DNA from: Rhodospirillales bacterium
GTDB taxonomy: Bacteria; Pseudomonadota; Alphaproteobacteria; Rhodospirillales; Casp-alpha2
Direction of reading: 5' to 3'
DNA: 64,000 bases
Assembly (NCBI GenBank): GCA_965216765.1
Contig: OZ244199.1
Span: 2,310,357-2,374,356 of the forward strand
Both the position numbers and the translations under genes were made by a program. Shown here piece by piece: positions 1 through 7,943 of this stretch. Each line of letters begins with the position of its first letter. The first letter of the stretch is position 1. The notes under the pieces are model-generated. The model ran no database searches and was not told where the DNA came from. It saw only the letters and a program-made list of their open reading frames with translations.

Positions 1-887
1 GAACCCAGCGTTAGAACCGGCTCGCCGTTTCCTTCCCGGTACGACAACTCCTCGTCGTATAGCCGCATCAGCATCGGGTCGAGCCTGGCATCGATGACAT
101 CGGCCGGTTCCAGCAACATCTGGCTGCGATACTTCGCCGGGCCCGCGCGTTTCTCGATGGCCCGGATGCGCGACGGCGGGAAACGTTGCGGCCAGCGGCT
201 CGCACCCTGCTCATCGACGATCGGCAACACCAAACGTTGAAAGCCTGAAAGGTACGGACGGGCTTCGCCTAACTCGACCCGCGCGTCATTGGCATAGATC
301 GAATGATAAGTGTGCGGCGTGCCGACAAACAGACGCAGCCCGTCCGGCGACAGCACAAAGTCGATCTCGTCCAAGCGTTCACGGAGCGCTTCACGCTTTT
401 CCGGCGTGTCGCAGGTGTTTGGTACTTCGACATCATCACAAATCACGACATCGGCGCGGGAACCCGTAACGTTGGCAACGATGCCCTTGGCAAGCATGGA
501 CGGATCACGGTGTGTACCGGCCCGAGATACGGTGAAGCGGTCAGACGCCCATTCCTCCGCCGCCTTCGGTTTCAGGCCGGCGGTCAAGGGATGGCGTTCC
601 AAGATGCGCCGGACATTACGCACCATCTTCACCGCCAACTGCTGATCGGCGGCAAGCACGAGAATGCGCAACTCAGGATCGCTCATCAGAAGCCAGGCTG
701 CGAACAAGCCAACCAGGGTCGACTTCCCCGAATTCCGGAACGCCATCAGCAACAACTCTCGGTCGTAAGTTTGCCATCTCTCCGACAGCCAACTGGCGAT
801 ATCGAAATGCAGATCCGGCGTCGTGAGGCGCTGCGTTTCGTTCCAGAGCGCAACGAAGACCGGAAAAGGGGGAACGTCATGCTTCAT
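1..887 (-). CDS. Large terminase subunit, T7 gp19-like (N-terminal ATPase part; 3' end outside the window; missed by the ORF track)
   Basis: My translation from ATG 887: MKHDVPPFPVFVALWN...ELLLMAFRNSGKSTLVG (Walker A, like T7 gp19 AFRGxGKS)...TGSRADVVICDDVE (Walker B)...FVGTPH; open to base 1. Confidence 0.93.
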   Translation of the reverse strand, partial: MKHDVPPFPVFVALWNETQRLTTPDLHFDIASWLSERWQTYDRELLLMAFRNSGKSTLVGLFAAWLLMSDPELRILVLAADQQLAVKMVRNVRRILERHPLTAGLKPKAAEEWASDRFTVSRAGTHRDPSMLAKGIVANVTGSRADVVICDDVEVPNTCDTPEKREALRERLDEIDFVLSPDGLRLFVGTPHTYHSIYANDARVELGEARPYLSGFQRLVLPIVDEQGASRWPQRFPPSRIRAIEKRAGPAKYRSQMLLEPADVIDARLDPMLMRLYDEELSYREGNGEPVLTLG

Positions 888-1233
888 TACTCTCTTCCTT
901 TCCACCCCCATCGCTTTCGGTCTCGGTTGCGTAGGCTGCATAAGCCGCCTCGGCACGCGCCAGCATTGCCGAGGCATCCGTCGTGTCTTGCTCTCCGACC
1001 GGTGTTTCGGTCCCGGTCGCATCCGACAGCTTCAGAAGGGCTTCGATGTGGGCGAGGCCCGCCTTGCAGGCTGCTTGATGCTGTTGAAACCCCTTGGCGT
1101 CGTCCGGCACCGGACCAAACGCCAAGGACCGGTATGTTTCCACCGCGTGGCGGAGTGCGCCGGGCAACGCTTCCTTCAACGTCCCCCGGCCACTGTTCTT
1201 GGCGGCAGATCGACCAGTCCTGCGCGGCGGCAT
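877..1233 (-). CDS. Helical hypothetical protein overlapping the terL start; candidate small terminase
   Basis: AAGGAG RBS before ATG 1233; stop overlaps the terL start by 11 nt; core DAKGFQQHQAACKAGLAHIEALLKL; acidic tail. Function inferred from position only. Confidence 0.55.
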   Translation of the reverse strand: MPPRRTGRSAAKNSGRGTLKEALPGALRHAVETYRSLAFGPVPDDAKGFQQHQAACKAGLAHIEALLKLSDATGTETPVGEQDTTDASAMLARAEAAYAAYATETESDGGGKEESNEA

Positions 1234-1259
1234 CTGCTTCTCCTTCTGATTAAACGACG

Positions 1260-1778
1260 TTAAGCCCACCCGGACCCGGTGTATTGACGACTCAGGGTAC
1301 TCGTTTCGTACGGCGCGTTGCCGCCACTGCTGAAACTGTTACTGATGCCGCGGGCGATCATCTGCCCACCTGTATTCGCGACGGTGGACATGATGTTATT
1401 CCGCGTCGCTAAGAGGTTCTCTCGCTCCCGCGCGCGCTGGTTTGCGCGCAAGCTCTCAACACCGAGATCGAATAGCCGGCGGTCCTCGGCAATCGCTTTT
1501 TCCGTACGCGACGCAATACCGTCGACAAGCGCATTCGCCGAACCGCCTGTCGATGAAACACCGCGCGCGCCGAATGCGGCCCGCGCCCTGGCCTGCTGCG
1601 CCTTCGATTGCTCGCGTTGACGGCTCTCTTGAACCTGACGCTCCTGTTCGCGTATCGCGATCTGCTGTTCCTGCTGCCGTCGCTGTTGGCGCGCTTGCGC
1701 CTTCGCCTGCGCCGCACTCTGAATAGACGATACTGCCGACGAAATGATGAGAGCCGTCGCTGTGCCTGGATCAGCCAT
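1260..1778 (-). CDS. Internal virion (ejection) protein, T7 gp14-like
   Basis: AGGAG RBS before ATG 1778; small-residue N-terminus, Q/R-rich coiled coil, then ARARAAFGARGVSSTGGS; follows tail tube B. Confidence 0.6.
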   Translation of the reverse strand: MADPGTATALIISSAVSSIQSAAQAKAQARQQRRQQEQQIAIREQERQVQESRQREQSKAQQARARAAFGARGVSSTGGSANALVDGIASRTEKAIAEDRRLFDLGVESLRANQRARERENLLATRNNIMSTVANTGGQMIARGISNSFSSGGNAPYETSTLSRQYTGSGWA

Positions 1779-1816
1779 GAAATTTCTCCTGTGTGTAAGT
1801 AGTCGTTTCGATTGAA

Positions 1817-3727
1817 TCAGCCATTGGACGCGACCTTGGTCGCAACCGACAGCAACGTGAAGGGTAGGGGCACGTCCTGGCGGATCGACCACAGCGCATC
1901 TGGACCAACGGTGCGCCAACCAAGCGCACGCACGGTCTTGTCACCCGTGAAAGCCGGCGCTGGCTGATCAAGGAGTGTTGGGCCCAATGACTGAAACGGC
2001 ACGTCGGCATAACCGCGTCCAACGTTAAGCCGGAGTGCCGCCGTCTCCTGTAGGCGAAACGTGACGCTAATTGGTCGGACCTTGGTTCCCATCCCACTGT
2101 TGGCGTCTGAGAGAACCAGCGGCATCGGCTCGACTCGGTGCTCGAAGCCGAGCCCTGCCTCAATCCTGGATGCACCGTAAGACAGGCTGATCTGTCCGTT
2201 GTCGACCACTGCGTCAACGCGCGGTGCACCATCGGCTAGGACGGTCAGTGTCTCGCCCTCCAGATGATCAAACCCCGGCCAGGTATCGGTCGGGGTTTCA
2301 TCTTCGTCGTCGAGGCCACTGTCGGTGGAGAGTGTTGAATCGAACTTCTCGACGAAGGCATTGTCGCCTCGCATCACCAAGACATAGACTTCTGTACCGA
2401 CTGCAGCCACGGACAAGAACTGACCCGCCGTTTCCTGCAATGACCAAGCGTTTACATTCTCGGCTCGATAGACTGTCAGCGTGCCGATACTTCCATTCGA
2501 CATCACCACGTGCAGATGCCGACTGGCGTTTTCGTAGTCCTGATCAATCGGCGAGACGATAAGATGTTGCGCCGTGGTCGCGAGGTCGGTCGCCTGATAC
2601 GCTTGTTCGACATCAGCATAAAGGAACTCGCGCATGCCGCTGCCATCTCGCGGCACAAAGATGGTCGCGCCGTCGATATCGCGCGGTGGCACAGCGCGAT
2701 CGACCGGCGAGCCGATACGCGTCTGGCGGCGGAGTTGAAGGTTCTCCGGCGTCAGCGGCTCACCCGTCACCATCCATTCCGCGCCCGACGTGAACACCTG
2801 CAGATGGCGTCCAGAAAACACCGCGCGGATCGCGTTGACCTGATCGGACAGGATGGCGAACTCGATGGACTCGTCGTCCAGTCCTTCGCCGAGATCGAAG
2901 TTGAACAGATCCGCCGACTTCGAAATCCAAAGCCGGTTCGGCAGATCTCGCGATCCACCGATCACCAATCTGTCCTGGTGAAAACAGATAGAAACCGGCC
3001 AACCGCGTACAGCTGAGAACGATTGCTCTTCCCAGTCATTGGTCGCGGAAGTGGAGGCGAGGGTTTCTTTGACCGTCGCCGTCGCAGATGTCGCCGAGCC
3101 AACGGCGGTAATCTCAACTTCCTTGTCCTGAAGACGCATCCGCGTACCGACATGGTCCGCGGCGAAGACATCGTCGGATGCCGTAAGCGTCACCGAACCG
3201 CTGGTCGCGCTTGCTGTCAGCGTGTGACCGTCGTCTGTGAATTTATGATGCGGTTGCTGCAGACGGTTCTTGCTATCGGATTGATCATCCAGGAACGACC
3301 ATGTCGCTATGGACCAGGATGTGTGTGAGGACCTTGAAATCTTGCGGGGCTCGACTTCGGGGTGCACGACAAACAACGTATCGGCACTCTGTACCCAGTT
3401 GATTTGACCCAGCTGATCCTCGGTCCACGGCGCTGCAAAATCTGCGATGGAAACGCCGTTGCGATAGACGTCGACATGTTCGTCGGAGAAGACCAGGAGA
3501 TATACCTGCTCCGTGTTGAATTCGAACGCAACCAGTCGGCCCGGACCGCGCGCGGAATCGATGTAACGCAGTCCCGGGCGGCGCACGACACCACCGGTCG
3601 CCTGAATGAGAACGTTGCGGAGTTTTGCTGCCCCGTTCCCGTAACTGCGAAGATCACCGCGTCCGAGCAAACGAGGCGAGATCTCGCCGCTGGTGAAGTT
3701 AGATTTGTCGATGTTGAGATGAACCAT
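1817..3727 (-). CDS. Tail tubular protein B / nozzle (T7 gp12, P22 gp10-like)
   Basis: N-terminus KSNFTSGEISPRLLGRGDL...NV...GGVVRRPG; GWP...FHQDRLVIGG beta-propeller motifs; 636 aa. Confidence 0.85.
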   Translation of the reverse strand: MVHLNIDKSNFTSGEISPRLLGRGDLRSYGNGAAKLRNVLIQATGGVVRRPGLRYIDSARGPGRLVAFEFNTEQVYLLVFSDEHVDVYRNGVSIADFAAPWTEDQLGQINWVQSADTLFVVHPEVEPRKISRSSHTSWSIATWSFLDDQSDSKNRLQQPHHKFTDDGHTLTASATSGSVTLTASDDVFAADHVGTRMRLQDKEVEITAVGSATSATATVKETLASTSATNDWEEQSFSAVRGWPVSICFHQDRLVIGGSRDLPNRLWISKSADLFNFDLGEGLDDESIEFAILSDQVNAIRAVFSGRHLQVFTSGAEWMVTGEPLTPENLQLRRQTRIGSPVDRAVPPRDIDGATIFVPRDGSGMREFLYADVEQAYQATDLATTAQHLIVSPIDQDYENASRHLHVVMSNGSIGTLTVYRAENVNAWSLQETAGQFLSVAAVGTEVYVLVMRGDNAFVEKFDSTLSTDSGLDDEDETPTDTWPGFDHLEGETLTVLADGAPRVDAVVDNGQISLSYGASRIEAGLGFEHRVEPMPLVLSDANSGMGTKVRPISVTFRLQETAALRLNVGRGYADVPFQSLGPTLLDQPAPAFTGDKTVRALGWRTVGPDALWSIRQDVPLPFTLLSVATKVASNG

Positions 3728-4296
3728 CAGGACCTCACATCGACCAGGGTGAAGTTCTCGAAATACACCGGGGATTCCTGCTGCGCGTCAATGGACTTGG
3801 CGCGCAGCAGTTCATCCTCGGCAAGTTTTAACAAGACCTCGGAACGGGAGGTGGAGTCCGTCAATGGGATGCAGAACTCTGCCGCCAGCCTTGCAATCAG
3901 GGATTGATCGAAAAATGCCGGAAAGGTTCTTTCATCGGGGCGGAAGATGTAAGTCAAAGTCACGTCTGCAGCGTCGGTATGTAGCCGACGCTCCGCGATA
4001 CGGTATGCAATTCCTCGGCCGCGCGCGCCGGTGCCCGCCGACAACACGCGGAGAAAGTCGCTCGGCAGTTGATAAGCGTAGCCATAATCGGCAACCGGCT
4101 CGGCGGCGAGTCGCGCCAACGCGACCTGACCGGTCGCGAAGCTCCATGGATGGCCCGAGATCAGAGCATCGCGTGTCGGGCTATAAAGGCTCGCGGCGAC
4201 CTCGGCTTCCGCCGTGCCGTCCTCAAACGATGCGATGCTATCCGCGCCAAGTTTCATCAGCGCTCGCGAACAGAGCGCGATATTGGACAGTGCCAT
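3727..4296 (-). CDS. Tail tubular protein A / head-tail adaptor (T7 gp11-like)
   Basis: AAGGAG RBS before ATG 4296; IALCSRALMKLGA...HPWSFAT...YAYQLPSDFLRV...ALIARLAAE; coupled to tube B. Confidence 0.85.
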   Translation of the reverse strand: MALSNIALCSRALMKLGADSIASFEDGTAEAEVAASLYSPTRDALISGHPWSFATGQVALARLAAEPVADYGYAYQLPSDFLRVLSAGTGARGRGIAYRIAERRLHTDAADVTLTYIFRPDERTFPAFFDQSLIARLAAEFCIPLTDSTSRSEVLLKLAEDELLRAKSIDAQQESPVYFENFTLVDVRS

Positions 4297-4321
4297 GTGT
4301 CGTCTCCTTGAATTTGCACAT

Positions 4322-4343
4322 AAAAAATGCGGCCCGAGGCCGC
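4322..4343 (-). terminator. Intrinsic terminator just upstream of tail tube A
   Basis: Minus strand GCGGCC-TCG-GGCCGC then ATTTTTT; ends 25 nt before the ATG. Confidence 0.55.
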
Positions 4344-4363
4344 TGGTGTTTACAGAACAAACC

Positions 4364-4439
4364 TTGTCATCCCCGCGCTGACGGGAATCCAATATTGGGC
4401 GGTCGCAGATGTGGATCCCCGCCTTCACGAGGATGACAA
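4364..4439. repeat. Alphaproteobacterial REP/RPE-like palindromic element
   Basis: TTGTCATCCCCGCG..CGGGAATCCA-spacer-TGGATCCCCG..CACGAGGATGACAA; matches the GTCATCCCCGCG...GCGGGGATGAC family. Confidence 0.75.
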
Positions 4440-4443
4440 AACT

Positions 4444-5994
4444 TCAGAATTCAAACCCAAGATTTTCGCCGTAGCGCTTAGCAAGGCGCTCGGGTCCGTG
4501 TTCCAAAAGCATCATGCGGAAGGCATCGGTCGTTTTGGTGCCGATATCGCCGTCGATTTTCAACGGTTCCGCTTCGGGTATCTTTTTCGCTTTTGCCGCC
4601 TCAACGCCAAGCCCGTTCAGACTTTCCTGCAATGCCTCCGCCGCCGCTTTCGGTTTCTCATCCCCGAGCAACGGTTGCACGGCATCTTCAATGGTCTTTT
4701 TCAAGCCCGACGCCGAGCGGCCCGAAGACCGCTCGCTTTCGGCGAAGCGTTTGAAGCCACCGAGTGCGGACGCCTCTTCGGTTTTACCAGCGCCTTTCTC
4801 GGCCAGCGATTTCATCAACGCGTCGCGTGTTTTCAGCCCGGCGATACCGTCTACCTTGAGGGACGCACCGCCAAGGTTGAGGCCGGTCTGCAAACCTTTT
4901 ACCGTCTCGCCCGCGCCCTGCTCGGCTGCGGCCTTCTCGAGCGTCCCGGCGAGCCGCTTGATGCCTTCCGCCAGCGTGCCGCCGCTGGCCGCCTTGGCAG
5001 GCGTCGGTATATCGGGAACCGAACGTTGCGGTTTCGGCTGGATCATGCGACCGGTCGCGTCCGTCTTGGCCAACACGTCGCCATAGGTCAGCGAATAGAA
5101 ATCGCGGCGTTTTTGGTCGAGTGTTTCCCGCAGCGGGTCACTCGCCTGCAGGTCGTGATACCAGTTGCCAAGATCGGCCACTTCCGCGTCCGTCAGCTGA
5201 TCAGCGGACTTATACAACAGCTCCGCCCTGGCGTTCTCCTTGCCGTTCGGCATCAGACCGGCCATTAGCTGAGAAGCCTCTGCAAATTCGCCACGGGAAC
5301 CTATCTCACGGTTCTCCGCTTTTGGATCTTGCGTCGCCCCCATACCGAACTCACCAGACGCCGATGCGCTACTATCGGCTCCAGGCATGAGGACATTCGG
5401 CCGGACATCACTGCCTTCGTATAGAGGTCCGCTGCTACCTTTTACTTCATCGTCGTCAATATATCGGTCGCTATTTATGTAATCACGGATCGCACGGCGA
5501 CGTTCGGCACCTATTTTCGTCCTCTCTTCAATCTTGTCGATTTCGATGATGTTGCCCCTACGTAGGGCATCATATCCGGCACCATATGGAGACCATTTTC
5601 CCCCCATTTCAAGCAGCTCTTCTTTTGTGAACGACTGGTCTATCCTGATATCCGTCTCAGCCGCATCAAGCGCACTTTGTGCCAAGCTGACGCAGTCCGA
5701 CGCAAACAGCTTATATTCGCCCGGATCGGCTCTTACCTTTTCTAAGAACCCAGCCGCCTTTTCGGCTTGAACCTTACTCAGGGGAAATTCCCGTGAAGTC
5801 ACGCCGTCATCACTTCTGCGATCCGTATCGTCACGTATTTCAGCTGGGTTCCCCCGCAAAGCTTCAATTGGGTTATCACTGCTGGAATACTTGCCTAAAA
5901 CCGGCACTTTGATTCCAGGCCCTTCCACACCGACAAAAAAGTGGCCCGTAGGCTTGCTCTTGTCGGCATACAAAGTCAGTTTATAGTCACTCAT
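4444..5994 (-). CDS. Chimeric protein: N-terminal permuted papain-like (His...Cys) domain plus C-terminal region with two PG_binding_1-like motifs; candidate effector
   Basis: AAGGAG RBS before ATG 5994; TGHFFVGV...YKLFASDCVSLAQSAL; C-terminal LQTGLN..LKVDGIAGLKTRDAL and LQESLN..LKIDGDIGTKTTDAF; no signal peptide; GC break inside the gene. Confidence 0.65.
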   Translation of the reverse strand: MSDYKLTLYADKSKPTGHFFVGVEGPGIKVPVLGKYSSSDNPIEALRGNPAEIRDDTDRRSDDGVTSREFPLSKVQAEKAAGFLEKVRADPGEYKLFASDCVSLAQSALDAAETDIRIDQSFTKEELLEMGGKWSPYGAGYDALRRGNIIEIDKIEERTKIGAERRRAIRDYINSDRYIDDDEVKGSSGPLYEGSDVRPNVLMPGADSSASASGEFGMGATQDPKAENREIGSRGEFAEASQLMAGLMPNGKENARAELLYKSADQLTDAEVADLGNWYHDLQASDPLRETLDQKRRDFYSLTYGDVLAKTDATGRMIQPKPQRSVPDIPTPAKAASGGTLAEGIKRLAGTLEKAAAEQGAGETVKGLQTGLNLGGASLKVDGIAGLKTRDALMKSLAEKGAGKTEEASALGGFKRFAESERSSGRSASGLKKTIEDAVQPLLGDEKPKAAAEALQESLNGLGVEAAKAKKIPEAEPLKIDGDIGTKTTDAFRMMLLEHGPERLAKRYGENLGFEF

Positions 5995-6219
5995 CTCTCG
6001 CTCCTTTTCAGAATTTTGACTGAAGTGGCCGTTGCAATAGCTTCCAGCCACAAACGGCGCATACGTGTATCCAGCACACGAACCCCGCAGATTTTTGATC
6101 TCGCCATACGGGAAAAATCCGCCACGCTAAATTCGTAAAATTTGTAAGATGTCGTCGTCAGCGGAAAATTTTCTCGCTGCGCCTTCCATAAATAAGCATC
6201 TATATCGAGGAGAAAAAAT

Positions 6220-6762
6220 ATGTCCGAAATTCATTTGAACACGCGTCAACGCGAGGATATTGCAAGCGTCTTCACAACACTTGCCGGGATTTGGTTTTTA
6301 CTAGCCCCACTGGAACACATTATTAAGGAGTCAAATATTGCACTCGATAAAGATGGCCTTCTGCAAAATTTCATCGACTTTATGTGGTCTTATGGCGCCC
6401 TCTGGCCATTAATTTTTGGTGGCCTGTACTACCTAGGTTTCTTCATAAAAAGAGGAAATTCTAAAGATATGGGCGTCGGCCTACCGGTTGGCGTTACCTC
6501 GTTGTTTATCTCTTTTGTTTCTATACTTGCGGGATATGCATCTTTGCTAATCGCTGGCACTGGTTGGATTGGCTGTATGTTCTTCATATCAGCGGTGTCC
6601 GTTGGTTCTTTTCTCGCTCTGCGAAGAATGTTTAGAAGGCATGTGATTTTTTCGGGGACACTTAGTGAGTTTCTATCCGGTGCAACGCCATTTTTTGCGG
6701 TGCAGTTTTGGATCATTTTTACTATTTCTCTCGAACCAAAGTTTGCCCGTGCATTTTACTAA
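6220..6762 (+). CDS. AT-rich multi-pass membrane protein, divergent from the effector; candidate immunity protein
   Basis: GAGGAG RBS; 4-5 hydrophobic segments; about 42% GC in a spot count of 6301-6360; the only plus-strand gene inside the virion cluster. Confidence 0.65.
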   Translation: MSEIHLNTRQREDIASVFTTLAGIWFLLAPLEHIIKESNIALDKDGLLQNFIDFMWSYGALWPLIFGGLYYLGFFIKRGNSKDMGVGLPVGVTSLFISFVSILAGYASLLIAGTGWIGCMFFISAVSVGSFLALRRMFRRHVIFSGTLSEFLSGATPFFAVQFWIIFTISLEPKFARAFY

Positions 6763-6810
6763 GAATGCTTCGGGCGTAGGTACGAGGCCTGCACGCCATC
6801 GGGGGTAGGA

Positions 6811-6990
6811 TCAGATTCCGAACCCAAGGTCTTCCGCGAATCGCTTGGGCAAGGGCTCGGGACCATGATCCCCCAGCGCGAACAGAAGGTATCGGTCATC
6901 TTGACGCCCAAACCGCTGTCGATTTCCAACAGCTCCGACGTTTTCTTTGCCATCGCCGTTTCTGTGCCGAGCCCGTTCGGCCTTGCCTGA
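6811..6990 (-). pseudogene. Frameshifted remnant of a paralogue of the C-terminal constant region of 4444-5994
   Basis: Reads QARPNGLGTETAMAKKTSELLEIDSGLGVKMTDTF / LFALGDHGPEPLPKRFAEDLGFGI* versus QESLNGLGVEAAKAKKIPEAEPLKIDGDIGTKTTDAF / MLLEHGPERLAKRYGENLGFEF*. 43 of 60 nt identical, ungapped, from the stop codons. Confidence 0.85.
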
Positions 6991-6995
6991 AAGGC

Positions 6996-7391
6996 TTAAG
7001 CCGGACCCTTCCAGACTTTGACACCTTTCTCGACCGAGCGGCCGACGACGTAACCGCCGACACCAAGTTTCAGGAGATCCCACATGTCCGGCGGGATCTC
7101 CGCCGACGGCGTGCCGAAAAGCGGCACGACGACGTAGTTATTGGCGATGATGACGCCGAACAGACACATCAAAAGCGGCCGCCAGTTACGTTGCAGCCAG
7201 CTTTCGCCCTGCGCTTCGGCGACGATGATGTTCGCCGCCGCCTCAATTTCCTTCATTTGGCCGTCCAGCACCTTCTGTTGTAGGACGGATTTGATTTGCG
7301 CCGCCTGATCCTTGTTCTCGACAGCTTGATCAACGACATCGAACAACCCCTTCAAGAGCGGTCCTGCAACCGCGGTAACGAGCCCCATCAT
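6996..7391 (-). CDS. 3-TM holin (GTA_holin_3TM-like)
   Basis: IVAEAQGESWLQRNWRPLLM...MWDLLKLGVGGYVVGRSVEK; MM dual start. Confidence 0.88.
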   Translation of the reverse strand: MMGLVTAVAGPLLKGLFDVVDQAVENKDQAAQIKSVLQQKVLDGQMKEIEAAANIIVAEAQGESWLQRNWRPLLMCLFGVIIANNYVVVPLFGTPSAEIPPDMWDLLKLGVGGYVVGRSVEKGVKVWKGPA

Positions 7392-7738
7392 GGCAGCCCC
7401 CTCTTTGCGCGCCTCGAGCCATCGGCCTCTCGCAGCATGAGCCCGAGGATGCGGTCGTTCTGCTGGGCGATGGCACGGGTTCGCTCGTCAAGACCAATCA
7501 ACTTGCCAACCAGCACGCGTTGTTGCTCATCGACACTGGCAAGCCGGTCGGATTGTTTGCGACGCATAGTCACGTTGTCAGCGACCGTCGCCTCCAAGGT
7601 ACCGATTCGGCCATCCGTCTCGGCGCGCCAGGTTGCATCGGCATATAGGAGCGCGCTGGTCTGAACGATCAACGCCCCGATGATGCCCAGCGGCACACGC
7701 TTATCGAGATGCCAAGCTTTATCGTTTCCCGTCATCAT
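7388..7738 (-). CDS. Membrane-anchored coiled-coil phage protein (lysis-cassette accessory)
   Basis: WHLDKRVPLGIIGALIVQT TM segment plus coiled coil; ATGA overlaps with both neighbours. Confidence 0.6.
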   Translation of the reverse strand: MMTGNDKAWHLDKRVPLGIIGALIVQTSALLYADATWRAETDGRIGTLEATVADNVTMRRKQSDRLASVDEQQRVLVGKLIGLDERTRAIAQQNDRILGLMLREADGSRRAKRGLP

Positions 7739-7935
7739 CCGCCACCTCCGTTTCTCGGATTGGCCGTCTGGGCCGCGCGCACATCGTCCAAGAATGTCTG
7801 CGCGGCGTCGGTCCTGAGAACGGGCGCTGTCGCCTCGACCAGGTCGGCGACAACGATCATGAGATCGTACTCGCGTCGGCGGATCGGCTCCCCCTTACTG
7901 AGCGCATCGTACTGCTTGCGTTTCCAACTTTTCAT
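7735..7935 (-). CDS. Small protein after the tail fibre (possible fibre chaperone)
   Basis: 66 aa, coupled between fibre and lysis genes; function inferred from position. Confidence 0.45.
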   Translation of the reverse strand: MKSWKRKQYDALSKGEPIRRREYDLMIVVADLVEATAPVLRTDAAQTFLDDVRAAQTANPRNGGGG

Positions 7936-7943
7936 GTGTCACC

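Noticed and set aside
303-1253. 316-aa plus-strand ORF and other plus-strand ORFs across 1-16 kb (e.g. 4327-5268, 12074-12790, 14709-15755)
   Set aside because: Antisense shadows of terL, the effector, capsid and portal genes; no motifs or RBS. The real gene at 1-887 is on the minus strand.
6759-6953. 64-aa ORF after the holin as a possible spanin or Rz1-like gene
   Set aside because: No lipobox, TM segment or RBS; explained as one frame of the decayed effector C-terminus at 6811-6990.
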